Of a stretch of DNA of 64,000 nucleotides, positions 47,601 through 55,227 are shown one piece after another. Numbering within the stretch: position 1 is the first letter of the stretch; every line of letters begins with the position of its first letter. The DNA is from a virus, in IMG/VR virus record IMGVR_UViG_3300036770_006330, one strand, 5' to 3'. The position numbers and the translations under genes were made by a program. Under the pieces are notes generated by a model, which saw nothing but the letters and a program-made list of their open reading frames with translations, did no database searches and was not told where the DNA came from.

Positions 47601-50600
47601 TGGAGGCTCCGAAGACGAAGATATCGCCAAGCACACAACCGGAATAGCCCTTGCAAACAGGCTCTCCAGAGAGAGACAGCAAAGAATAATTGCGTCCGTT
47701 AACGAGGGTAGAAAGATTTGGAATAGGGATACACAAAAGCAAGCAATTACGCTATTCGACCAAGACAACCCAGAGCTTGGTTTATTCCCGGACGAAATGC
47801 CAGAACCAACCTGGGGATGGAGACCGACAGGCCCAGAGGCAGAAGCCAGAGTTGCCGAAGTGAGAAAACGAGTTCTCGCACAAGCCAAAGCAGAACTGGC
47901 AAAGCGAAATCCTCCAAAGGGTGGATTAGGAAGAATTTCTGGTTCGATGAAAGCCAGGGCATTAGAAGTTGATACACCGGATTTTGCCTACAGAATTTCT
48001 CCAGACGCCCGTGAGCGAATCGAGACAGATGTCATGTCGCTCAGACGAAAGGGCATGTCCGCTCGCTCAATCGCTGAAACTCTCAGCAATGTGTACTCGA
48101 TTGATGACTCAATGATTGTAGATGGCCTTGCAATTTCCCCGACAGACTCCCTGGTGAATGGCGTTATACGTAGTGCCAAAGACTCTGGCGTCAACCTGCC
48201 TGAAGCGAAAGATACATTTGATAGGCGGAACTTTGACCTCACGAGCGACGCAGCTCAGATGGCAATCAGCGGAATGGACCGTTCATCAATTGCCTCATAC
48301 CTAGATACATCTGACGCTAGGGCTTCGAGAATCCTAAATTCTCTTGGATTTGATGTTATGCCAGGAGATGGTTCACCTACCTCAATAGAGTCGAGCAGAC
48401 AAAAATTTGCAGACCTGCCTATCAGTAAGCAGCTATACATCGATTCCACACACCGAAGAATGACTTTATCTGAGCTCTCAAAGAAATACAAACTTCCAGA
48501 GTCGAGAATCAGGGAGTCAATTGAACAATACAGAACAATCGCTGAAAACGACTCGGACATGATTTCTAGCAAATACCGCTCCCTCATGAGAGACGGCGGC
48601 GAATCGGTTCTTACACCAGAAGAGATGAATCACGTACGCATGAGGCTTGACGGAATGTCATATTCCGAAATATCCTCAGCAATGGGCATTCCAGAAGGTG
48701 TCTCACGCAGACGCGAAGCATCTAGCCTTGCAAAGTTGCGTGCAATTGATAATGACGGATTCTATGAGGTTGAAAAAGAAAAAACCATTCAAAGACTTCG
48801 CTCGCTACCAGTAGCAGAGTACATGGATGAGCGTGCGCTTTCTTTTGCTGCAGCAGCTGGTTCCACCCCTCCGCCGGATGACCCGGATGACCCAAATAAA
48901 ATTACTCAAGCAGAAATAAGCAAACTTCAGAAGAAGTTTGCTTCCGCTCGCGACATGCGCGATTTCAGGAGTTCAGCAAAAGACGCATACATGCGTAATC
49001 AGTATCTTGGGCAAAGCGTAGAAGAAATTGCTGATATGCAGAATAAGTCGCCTCGCGATGTGCAGCAAGCAATACGCGCCTACGATAAAGCAGTACAAGA
49101 ATCGGACACATTGAGAGACAGAGCATTGAGGAGAGCGCTTGCATCTGCAGCTGATTCATTGTTCACTGAAAACGAACTGGCATTCATCAATATCAGAAAT
49201 GATGGTGCCTCGCTTGATGACGTAGCTAGATACTTTGGAACAGATAAAGCTTCGGTGAGAGCAAGGCAGATGATGCTCATGTCTCGCCTCAACATGAATA
49301 ACGGACTGGGTAGTTCAATTGACTCGGTTTTGGATGCAGACTCAAGAGACCTATACAATGAGCTTGGCGTGCCAACTAGCGCCAGTCGTGAACAGCTAGA
49401 AGACGCGATGCACGATGTTATTAAGACACACTTTGATAGGGCGCTACGCAAGGATAGAGATTCAAGAGAGATAATGCGCAAGGCGTCGGAGGCCTACGCA
49501 ATCCTGTCGAATGAAAATCTCAGAAATCTTTACGACAATAACGAGTTGTCGCCATCGAATGCCAAATCGTTCTGGGAAAACTACGACGATTTCACCAGCT
49601 ATGTTGACCCGTCAACTGGGCAAAGAAGACACCGGTCATTTGGCTATGCAATGAATGATGAACCATTCAAGTCTCGTGATGCATTTAGACTACCACATGA
49701 TACTGGCTCTGACGTAATCTCCGACGACATTGATGACGGTTTCCTTGGATTTACTCTAAATGATAATGTTTCTGATTCTTCAATAAGCGACATGATGTAT
49801 AGGAAGCCAATTCCTGGAACAAAAGAATGGCGTGATAAGAAACGCGATGCGCAAATTGCAATAAGTTCTGGCGACCCAAGATATATGTTTGACCAAGATG
49901 GTTTTATTGCTGGCAAGAAAATGTCTTTCGACCCACGATACGACGACCCAATGTCTCCCGACTACATCGGGGATAGGTTTGGTGGTCCAGCCAAGGGCGT
50001 GAGTCCATTCCAGAACATGGATTTTAAGCCGAAAAAAAAAATAAATAATTCGATATCTGGGAAGATGTCATCCAAATGGGATGACACTTACGAAAAATCC
50101 ATTGGAGTGAATCTTCCAAAAGCAGAATCTATCGATAACGCGGACACAACAAACATATCCAGTTTTTCTAAGTTTGCAAGCCCTGCGAAAAATGAGTCAT
50201 TCTTCGAAATGACTTCCACTTTTGGTGGCAAAACGCCAGTCAGGGAGAGCCGTTTCTGGGGTCTATATTTCCCTATCGCCGAGGCAATTAACAATTCTGT
50301 GACAAAGCGTAAGCGCAAAAAGGGTGAGAGAAAAGTATTTGTCAGTGTTGGCGGTGCCCCAGGCTCTGGAAAGACTTCAATGAGAACTGATGGGACTGGA
50401 GGCATCCCGTCTGTTAGCGACGCAGTTCATGTTGATGCCGACAAAATAAAACTCCTTATACCTGAAGCTCGCGCCATGCACGATGCTGGAAACCCAAATT
50501 GGGGAGATTCGGTTCACGAAGAATCGCGTCTAATTGCAGACCTCACATTGCGCATGGGCCTAGAGCAAGACCACGATATTGTCTACGATTCAACTGGTCA

Positions 50601-52851
50601 ATTCAACAGCGGTTACGATACGCTAAAAGCAGCACGAGCAAATGGGTATGACATCGTCATGCACTATGTTTCGGCTCCGCAATCTGTGTTAACAGAGCGT
50701 GTAGATGAGCGAGAAAAAACAGATAATCGTCGCCTGCCAAGACATATTATTGCCGCAACAATTGATAGGAATTACAGGATAATGCCTGAGGTTGCCGAAG
50801 CTTCTGATGAGTTTTATCTATGGGATTCTTCCGGCAAGCAAAAAGTTCTCATTGCCAAAAAAGAGAAGGGTAAGAAACTGGAAATACTTGATGCTCGGGC
50901 CTATCTCTATGGTGGATTCGACGACTCTGGCCAGAAAGTCACAATGGATAATCCAGTCAAAGTTGCAGCACAGCGCAAAGTGGCGAAGGGCTCCCGTGAT
51001 GCGAAATTCCTAGAAGATATTGGTTCTGGTATGAGCCTTAGTGAAGCTGCCAAAAAGCACAAGATGTCAAAGCAGTCTGCTTTTGTAATCGCCTCCGAAG
51101 TAGAAATCGACCCAAATCTTCCAGAGGTAAAACCGTGGCAGCCAACAACTACTGGCAAATTGCCGACTGGCAAAAAAGCTCCGAAGAATGCCGCATATAT
51201 TCCCGACTCTCAAGCTGAAGAAATATTCCTAACCCTGCCGGACCAAGTGCAACAAGACATAATCTCCATGGTTTCAGGAAATCTTGATGAGAGTGTCAAA
51301 AAACAACTGCAGGACTATCTCGCGCAAAACGAAATTCCGTCAGATGTCATGGTTTGGGCCTGGGAAAACCTAGAAACATTGGCGTCTGACCCAACGGAGG
51401 AAATGTTTGAGGACCAGGAACAGTGGTCGATGCTGCCAGAATCAACAAAGGATGCGATTATGACAGCGCTCGAGAGCGGCTCAGACCCCCTTGAAATAGC
51501 GCAAATTCTTGGTGTTCCGTTTTCTTGGGTTGAGCGAGGCGTAGACGAATTGTACGAGGATGACGGTAACGATATATCCGGAAGAATGTCTTCACCCAAA
51601 AAATCTGCATCGAAAATATTGGACCTATCAGCAAAGAAATCCCCTCGATGGAGCGATAGCGAAATAAATGCAGCCAGAGCAGTGGATGCTGATTTGCCAC
51701 AAAAGCCCGGAATTTCCGGTTCGATGTCGTCGCCAGATGACCTAAACGAAGAACTAGCAGATTATTATGACGAGGATGGTCCGCTTGGGTTCCCAACAAT
51801 TCGTCACCCATTGATGTATTGGATGGGTCCTGTTGATGTGGACCTCATAAATAAGATGTTTTCACAAAAAGTTAATGCTGTTAATGATGCATACGAGAAC
51901 AAAAACTGGAATAGTTACATATACATGCATGAGAGGCCATATCGACTTGACGCCTTGATGGACATCGAAGACCAAATGAGCGACGACGAATTCTGGGAAA
52001 ATGTCGGCTCAATTTGGGTTGATTCAGAAAACATTTGGCAAAACCGGGATATTTGGTCTGATATTTTGACCTCCGACAGGCCCGGTAGAGAAAAAATCAT
52101 GACCTCGGAGGAGCTCCAGGATTTCAACAATCTTCCTGATGAGATAACCGTATACCGTGGGCACATAAAAGGCAAAAATAAAGATGGTTTATCTTGGACA
52201 ACTTCAGAGGAAAAAGCACGCTGGTTTGCAAATCGCTTAGCTGCTGGAAAAGATGAGCCCGATGTTGCTGAAGGAGTAGTTAAGAAAAGCGATGTCATCG
52301 CCCACTTCACAAGGCGGGGTGAATCTGAAATAGTTGTTGCGAGCCCGGATAGTGTTTCAGGCAGGATGAGTGACGAGAATCCAACAGATGAACAACGCAA
52401 GGTCAATGACAGGATTAAGAGAGCTGTGGCGGTTGAGAGAGGCGAGGCTATTGCAGAAAGGATGCTGGACGCAATGGCAAGAATGGATGGTTTCCAAGAC
52501 TGGGAGCACTATTCTTTGTCAAAAAGAAATCAAGATGAAATTGCTTTTGCGGATAAGTATTCGGGCGGTCCAGGTCGCCTAGAGCTCAACCCAGACATTA
52601 CAGATGGCTTCCATTACAGGGTAGATAATCCTTCTGGTTACTATGGAATTCACCGAGGGGCCGGAATGGATATTTACCACCCTCGCGAGGGAGCTGTTGA
52701 CTTCATCAGTTTTACCGATGTATACAAACATTCGCTCTTGACCCCAATGACTCCAGACGAATGGCCATCCCCGCAGCAAGTTCAGGATGAACTAGATGAG
52801 TGGGTAAAGACATACAGAGAGGACTACGACAGGAATTATGGAAAACCGTAA
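41614..52851 (+). CDS. Giant polyvalent protein E (3745 aa; alternative start ATG 41629): DUF3721-like, DUF5872-like, Nudix, HTH array, J-domain, zeta-toxin kinase, R-S-E ADP-ribosyltransferase
   Basis: GCIG...WMPC; YTKPELRER...GQWSARKAQ; PGG...REAVEEIGL; DLYNELGV...EAYAILS; GGAPGSGKT...DADKIK...YDST; VYRG...SWT...ESEIVV; eight [IV][SA]GxM motifs. Confidence 0.85.
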   Translation: MSKSAMGELNKETSEQSKAMLGAPRLLRPSDPDVYDNPESARVRARQIGCIGIRRYNNRNGGVSWMPCTNESDYRRVSGFGHSGRRFRRQQLEREVREIIGRRGSRSFSKKSANYTKPELRERLKQRIMAGSKGGAPGQWSARKAQLLASAYRKAGGGYRGRKTSKQRSLSRWTKQKWRTIDGKPARRGNVVRRYLPARAWGKLTPGQRQATNRKKIQGSKRGEQFVANTEAARKARKRSVVSKKHAEFYEDFEFKAVGKKLGRALPGKLGPGGGSGGRKARRVGASLRGAMARFDPNAVDADADNIVQEGTIYERPAPPRSGAVSSLTNIRAPQIPEPERAFGRAARSSDGRFASPASRAISSGRSRAEREITRGSRATPKPRIVPKTPTARRLAEQAGQTAVPAARRGRITGRRDYAVPQVSRDVRDSIREQRADIYERFATGDYTVQQLADQFDVVRDEITSSIRAHENFRNSNLRKFKKGSPKLYQAISGFGNSRGSFDEAIKERKFSNWDGLVRHIFTDPKLRRSGKHTDMQNDLFKAFPDGKNPDKDSNIELGYLPSVRGESRPPVKAFNDRRSPTPEFRPLSLSPRQPGRLGSASDIAERAGRRAAFRRDSLIIDAMRRGDSISGAMSSVNMTPAEERDWKRKEWTRQQLKNFALDPDVKKKYPTLANQLGDGPLIDAVLGLDGLDDDSLGNLWDATVTEISATPGSKVPAYQARQAPLSPRELAAASTVKRPLVSAFLDEYKKSAPGGQLAKLDASRMTDEDVESFYNTFILPELINNGAPSQQDIEAAAALPAVRSRLNEAEQILLNVPLELRTLDLRMKLARKALESTNIDPDSPEFEDALQKLINDQLDLEAVQFAEDVEKWLRGGFDRPRRIPINPMTGQEYTDGELEAQINIVRDNIERLSADLDKMQMEELQHLGFIRNILFDALMLEEFFAEGDARNLDKPVDPLTGRELSMREYLESASYQLNQVPINPLTGKKYTLQEMRDQIANLDNRLETIRTGMGISKLNQIGGQQQLLGALMKAAAQLEPDDSDMPDDIDIPGDGDVDVMEIEDKPDADAINEMLDAFKDFLGDAGDTTVSIRSEDIIRARQLNRQLESMPDPRSTVPDTDDFWNGLRDQDGNPLPDYDGTASHPLNFGPDGQPLKVDDPDFMLADSLYREHLDPNNYELQEWISIDNPHLGGRYTAPPKELVSRFYQGDADSKDPEQIDKRISWDRLIGYIQRTAPNLFRRNKKGELVGDMNELTRNGNYGGASFSNAQFDPNVPSSGYQFEAQLAELRDATIAAQNAEYLSQDATSATARARLWDLHTQSGFTPDEIAFDLEIVDPQVVSTALMMHASDNNVSSSQQRQFMNIAQQAAGPRRATYDKKRVQRIIDELRGLARLSGSGATDSRSMVAEIDRAIAIQEDRLAKVQREYDNFRAETRTLQNMLTGLLLTRPKNRKMVRDNDGNIVQDGWDETKEPLARYLNRIRLWDDEYIGSTNPVTGERRIGMVTYLVNRMKDMARMTGDDGGASATTFIAQVAQSNIAGLRQFRSEIQGVSSDAQNVGISGFMRSGSAINRAEFAARRGARKAASGRFDFADPRILKRFDNAGYPVTRNMVGAASGFNPQYSNFIADATRVNNFKYANGPEFNYLNPREQQIIRALDDMGVSGPVRNPAPGVRDENIGRRVRDAIGMNKRPIKRSGLDLTGPVEPKRNLFNPETYGRQSMRNRTSINIAGRMSSSKPDMLMEMEVEQAPNGKWYVVNKHGQALIDSPFDSMSKAKDAMYSLRQTIHEKGRRRDLPGTVAEWEATVAGMKQVGYRSLSREMRNAMDVAPISANGEKNRFIFKIDAGPKPRAGDSVIFRRNPSTNQPEVLLIGRAFGPHRTEADGTMSLPGGLFDAEAGDKDLMDTALREAVEEIGLDQSRLLKVERLGIIDAPDWDPRFSKGVEVGGIFVEVPGDWEPTAGDDALSARFVPLSDIASGEVPLGFGHAAWLEAAFGGSEDEDIAKHTTGIALANRLSRERQQRIIASVNEGRKIWNRDTQKQAITLFDQDNPELGLFPDEMPEPTWGWRPTGPEAEARVAEVRKRVLAQAKAELAKRNPPKGGLGRISGSMKARALEVDTPDFAYRISPDARERIETDVMSLRRKGMSARSIAETLSNVYSIDDSMIVDGLAISPTDSLVNGVIRSAKDSGVNLPEAKDTFDRRNFDLTSDAAQMAISGMDRSSIASYLDTSDARASRILNSLGFDVMPGDGSPTSIESSRQKFADLPISKQLYIDSTHRRMTLSELSKKYKLPESRIRESIEQYRTIAENDSDMISSKYRSLMRDGGESVLTPEEMNHVRMRLDGMSYSEISSAMGIPEGVSRRREASSLAKLRAIDNDGFYEVEKEKTIQRLRSLPVAEYMDERALSFAAAAGSTPPPDDPDDPNKITQAEISKLQKKFASARDMRDFRSSAKDAYMRNQYLGQSVEEIADMQNKSPRDVQQAIRAYDKAVQESDTLRDRALRRALASAADSLFTENELAFINIRNDGASLDDVARYFGTDKASVRARQMMLMSRLNMNNGLGSSIDSVLDADSRDLYNELGVPTSASREQLEDAMHDVIKTHFDRALRKDRDSREIMRKASEAYAILSNENLRNLYDNNELSPSNAKSFWENYDDFTSYVDPSTGQRRHRSFGYAMNDEPFKSRDAFRLPHDTGSDVISDDIDDGFLGFTLNDNVSDSSISDMMYRKPIPGTKEWRDKKRDAQIAISSGDPRYMFDQDGFIAGKKMSFDPRYDDPMSPDYIGDRFGGPAKGVSPFQNMDFKPKKKINNSISGKMSSKWDDTYEKSIGVNLPKAESIDNADTTNISSFSKFASPAKNESFFEMTSTFGGKTPVRESRFWGLYFPIAEAINNSVTKRKRKKGERKVFVSVGGAPGSGKTSMRTDGTGGIPSVSDAVHVDADKIKLLIPEARAMHDAGNPNWGDSVHEESRLIADLTLRMGLEQDHDIVYDSTGQFNSGYDTLKAARANGYDIVMHYVSAPQSVLTERVDEREKTDNRRLPRHIIAATIDRNYRIMPEVAEASDEFYLWDSSGKQKVLIAKKEKGKKLEILDARAYLYGGFDDSGQKVTMDNPVKVAAQRKVAKGSRDAKFLEDIGSGMSLSEAAKKHKMSKQSAFVIASEVEIDPNLPEVKPWQPTTTGKLPTGKKAPKNAAYIPDSQAEEIFLTLPDQVQQDIISMVSGNLDESVKKQLQDYLAQNEIPSDVMVWAWENLETLASDPTEEMFEDQEQWSMLPESTKDAIMTALESGSDPLEIAQILGVPFSWVERGVDELYEDDGNDISGRMSSPKKSASKILDLSAKKSPRWSDSEINAARAVDADLPQKPGISGSMSSPDDLNEELADYYDEDGPLGFPTIRHPLMYWMGPVDVDLINKMFSQKVNAVNDAYENKNWNSYIYMHERPYRLDALMDIEDQMSDDEFWENVGSIWVDSENIWQNRDIWSDILTSDRPGREKIMTSEELQDFNNLPDEITVYRGHIKGKNKDGLSWTTSEEKARWFANRLAAGKDEPDVAEGVVKKSDVIAHFTRRGESEIVVASPDSVSGRMSDENPTDEQRKVNDRIKRAVAVERGEAIAERMLDAMARMDGFQDWEHYSLSKRNQDEIAFADKYSGGPGRLELNPDITDGFHYRVDNPSGYYGIHRGAGMDIYHPREGAVDFISFTDVYKHSLLTPMTPDEWPSPQQVQDELDEWVKTYREDYDRNYGKP

Positions 52852-53038
52852 AAAACCAAATAAAAATGAGCCTGTTTTCGACGCCTCTCAGATTGGGGAC
52901 TTGGAGGCTATGCATATTGCTGCGTTTAGGGGCCTTACGTTAGAGGATGTGGGCGTAAAGCCAACATTAAAAAACCGAATTGACTTCGCGAGGATTCGCA
53001 TAGATGTCAAGAGGATTTCAAAACAAAATTTGAATTGA
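52838..53038 (+). CDS. Small hypothetical protein overlapping the end of protein E
   Basis: 14-nt overlap, AGGA upstream of the ATG, 66 aa. Confidence 0.45.
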   Translation: MENRKKPNKNEPVFDASQIGDLEAMHIAAFRGLTLEDVGVKPTLKNRIDFARIRIDVKRISKQNLN

Positions 53039-53088
53039 CCATATTGGAAAGTAGTTATCAATACTTCCGCTACATGTGATAAGTAGTT

Positions 53089-53097
53089 TGCTACATT
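53089..53097 (+). promoter_or_regulatory. Candidate extended -10 promoter (TGcTACATT) for the major capsid gene
   Basis: TGn-TAnnnT in the AT-rich gap about 90 nt upstream of the capsid ATG. Confidence 0.4.
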
Positions 53098-53185
53098 AGG
53101 TAATAGACATAAAGGCTGGGTGCTCACCTGAGTCGAAGTGTTAGAAATTCCATTCAACTTCAAGACTCTATACAAGGAGAGTTTC

Positions 53186-54544
53186 ATGTCATCGCATGAT
53201 GAATCAAGAGTACGCGAGCTGCAGACAGCACTCCGTACAAAAATGGCCGAGAACAAGGCAATTGCCGATTCGTTCAAGGTCGAAGACGGCACCGTAGTTG
53301 TGTCGTCAGAGCAGAAGACCGCGTTCGATAAGAACATGGCCGACATCCGTGAAATCAAGGGCCTCATCGAGGGCCTTGAGCAGATGAGAGAAGTCTCGTC
53401 GTGGGGCGAAACAGAGAGCACCAACTCAGTTGCTGCCGCTCATGCCGCTGCCGCTGCAGAAGTCTCGCAGCTGACATCACGCGAAATCAAGAGCATCGGT
53501 CAGATGTTCGTTGAGTCGCCAGAGTTCAAGACGCTCGGCAACGGTCGCAACGGTGTGAACATGGTTGCCCCATGGCAGGCGAACCTCTCGCTGACAACGT
53601 ACAACGTCAAGGATGTCTACTCGGCGCTGCCGACCGGCACCCCTGGCTCGTTCGGTACGATTCAGCGTGACGCCATCGTCACCCCGCCAACCCGCACCCG
53701 TCGCGTTCGTGACCTCTTCCCGGTCCGCACAACGACAGCCGCGGTCATCGAGTACTTCCGTCAGATTGGCTTCACGAGCGTTGCAGCTCCTGGCGTCTCT
53801 GCCTCGTCGTACTCGACCAACAACGCTGCTGCAGCTGTTGCTGAGCGCTCTGGTAACGCCTTCGGCCTCAAGCCGCAGTCGTCGTTCCAGTTCGTCGGCG
53901 AGCAGGCTGCTGTTCGTACGCTGGCCCACTGGGAAGCAGCACACCGTAACGTTCTTGCCGATGAGCCGCAGCTTCGCAGCATCATCGACAACGAGCTCAT
54001 GTACGGTCTGCGCCTCCTCGAGGACAACCAGATTCTGAACGGCGACGGCAACGGTGAGAACCTCCGTGGCGTGCTCCAGACTCCTGGCATCCAGAACTAC
54101 GCATGGTCAGACGGCGTGGGTGGCGACACCCCAGACACCAAGGCCGACGCGCTTCGCCGCGCCGCCACCTTGGCGTTCCTTGCGTACTACGAGCCAACCG
54201 GCATCGTTCTTCACCCGAACGACTGGGAGGACATCGAGCTGACCAAGGACCTGCAGGGCCAGTACCTCGTCGCGGTTTCGGTCGCGATGGGCGGCGAGCC
54301 ACGCGTGTGGAGAATGCCAGTCATCGACACTCCAGCAATGGAAGAGGGCGCAGCTCTCGTCGGTGCTTTCGGTACGGGCGCACAGCTCTACGACCGCGAG
54401 CAGGCCAGCATCCGCATCAGCGAGCAGCACTCGGACTTCTTCGTCCGCAATGCCATCGTCGTCTTGGCCGAGCAGCGCCTTGCTCTCGCCGTCAAGCGTC
54501 CAGAGGCGTTCGTCAAGGTTGACTTCGACAACGCTCCTGCCTGA
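53186..54544 (+). CDS. Major capsid protein, HK97 fold with N-terminal delta domain
   Basis: AAGGAG RBS before ATG 53186; VRDLF, KPQS, LAHW, EDNQILNGDG.G.NLRG, VLHPNDW, DFFVRNAIVVLAEQRLALAVKRPEAFV; strong C-ending codon bias. Confidence 0.97.
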   Translation: MSSHDESRVRELQTALRTKMAENKAIADSFKVEDGTVVVSSEQKTAFDKNMADIREIKGLIEGLEQMREVSSWGETESTNSVAAAHAAAAAEVSQLTSREIKSIGQMFVESPEFKTLGNGRNGVNMVAPWQANLSLTTYNVKDVYSALPTGTPGSFGTIQRDAIVTPPTRTRRVRDLFPVRTTTAAVIEYFRQIGFTSVAAPGVSASSYSTNNAAAAVAERSGNAFGLKPQSSFQFVGEQAAVRTLAHWEAAHRNVLADEPQLRSIIDNELMYGLRLLEDNQILNGDGNGENLRGVLQTPGIQNYAWSDGVGGDTPDTKADALRRAATLAFLAYYEPTGIVLHPNDWEDIELTKDLQGQYLVAVSVAMGGEPRVWRMPVIDTPAMEEGAALVGAFGTGAQLYDREQASIRISEQHSDFFVRNAIVVLAEQRLALAVKRPEAFVKVDFDNAPA

Positions 54545-54566
54545 TAGCTAGCTATTAGCGGGATAA

Positions 54567-54618
54567 GCCCCCGCGCTTCGACCAGATATTTCGGTTGAGG
54601 CGCGGGGGTTTCCTTTTG
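54567..54618 (+). terminator. Intrinsic terminator after the capsid gene
   Basis: GCCCCCGCGCTTCGACC / GGTTGAGGCGCGGGGGT stem followed by TTCCTTTT. Confidence 0.85.
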
Positions 54619-54633
54619 TGGCAGTATTGATAT

Positions 54634-54978
54634 ATGAACAATTTCGACAAACTGATTGCCATTCTCACCGATGGGGCCCGACTCATAGTTGAGAAGCCAC
54701 AAGACAAATTGTCGAACCTTGTGGACGAAGAGCGAGACCTGGCAAACGCTCTTTTAATGATTGCCAAAAGATATGGCAAGTTTGACCAAGACGGGTCTGG
54801 CATCTGGGCTGGGTATATCCCAGCAAAAGAAAACGACAACAAGAGAATTGGCGTAATGTGCGCAAACTGCGCCTTGTATGAGGGCGGAGAATCTTGTGCC
54901 ATAATTGCTGCGCAAGTTGAGCCGCAAGGCTACTGTCGATTTGCAATCATTCCAGATGGTGTCGTCAAAAAGCGCTAG
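54634..54978 (+). CDS. Hypothetical protein with HiPIP-like 4-Cys domain
   Basis: CANCALY....CAII...VEPQGYCRF spacing matches the HiPIP-type Cys pattern. Confidence 0.6.
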   Translation: MNNFDKLIAILTDGARLIVEKPQDKLSNLVDEERDLANALLMIAKRYGKFDQDGSGIWAGYIPAKENDNKRIGVMCANCALYEGGESCAIIAAQVEPQGYCRFAIIPDGVVKKR

Positions 54979-55023
54979 TCGACACTAATTCGACTATTCT
55001 GTTCTACACACCAGGAGGCAGCC

Positions 55024-55227
55024 ATGGAAGACGAGCAAAACCCCGCACTCATTCGCACAGTAAATGCGCTAGTCGAGGAAGTCGAACGTCTTCGGTTGAA
55101 GGTTGCACAACTTGAAAGTGCTCAAAAAATATTACGGACAGAAGCGCTGCGCATCAAGACAATGAGCGACAAGTATCTGCCATCCATCGGCGATTTGATG
55201 GGCCACAACGGCCGCAAGGGCGCTTAA
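55024..55227 (+). CDS. Small coiled-coil hypothetical protein
   Basis: AGGAGG RBS, 67 aa. Confidence 0.6.
   Translation: MEDEQNPALIRTVNALVEEVERLRLKVAQLESAQKILRTEALRIKTMSDKYLPSIGDLMGHNGRKGA

Noticed and set aside
21997-52368. ISGxM as internal translation starts (GGA of Gly as a Shine-Dalgarno before ATG)
   Set aside because: The Gly codon is only 3 nt from the ATG, and it is often GGC, GGT or GGG. Ile and Ser are conserved with variable codons, so the constraint is on the peptide. Not fully excluded without Ribo-seq.
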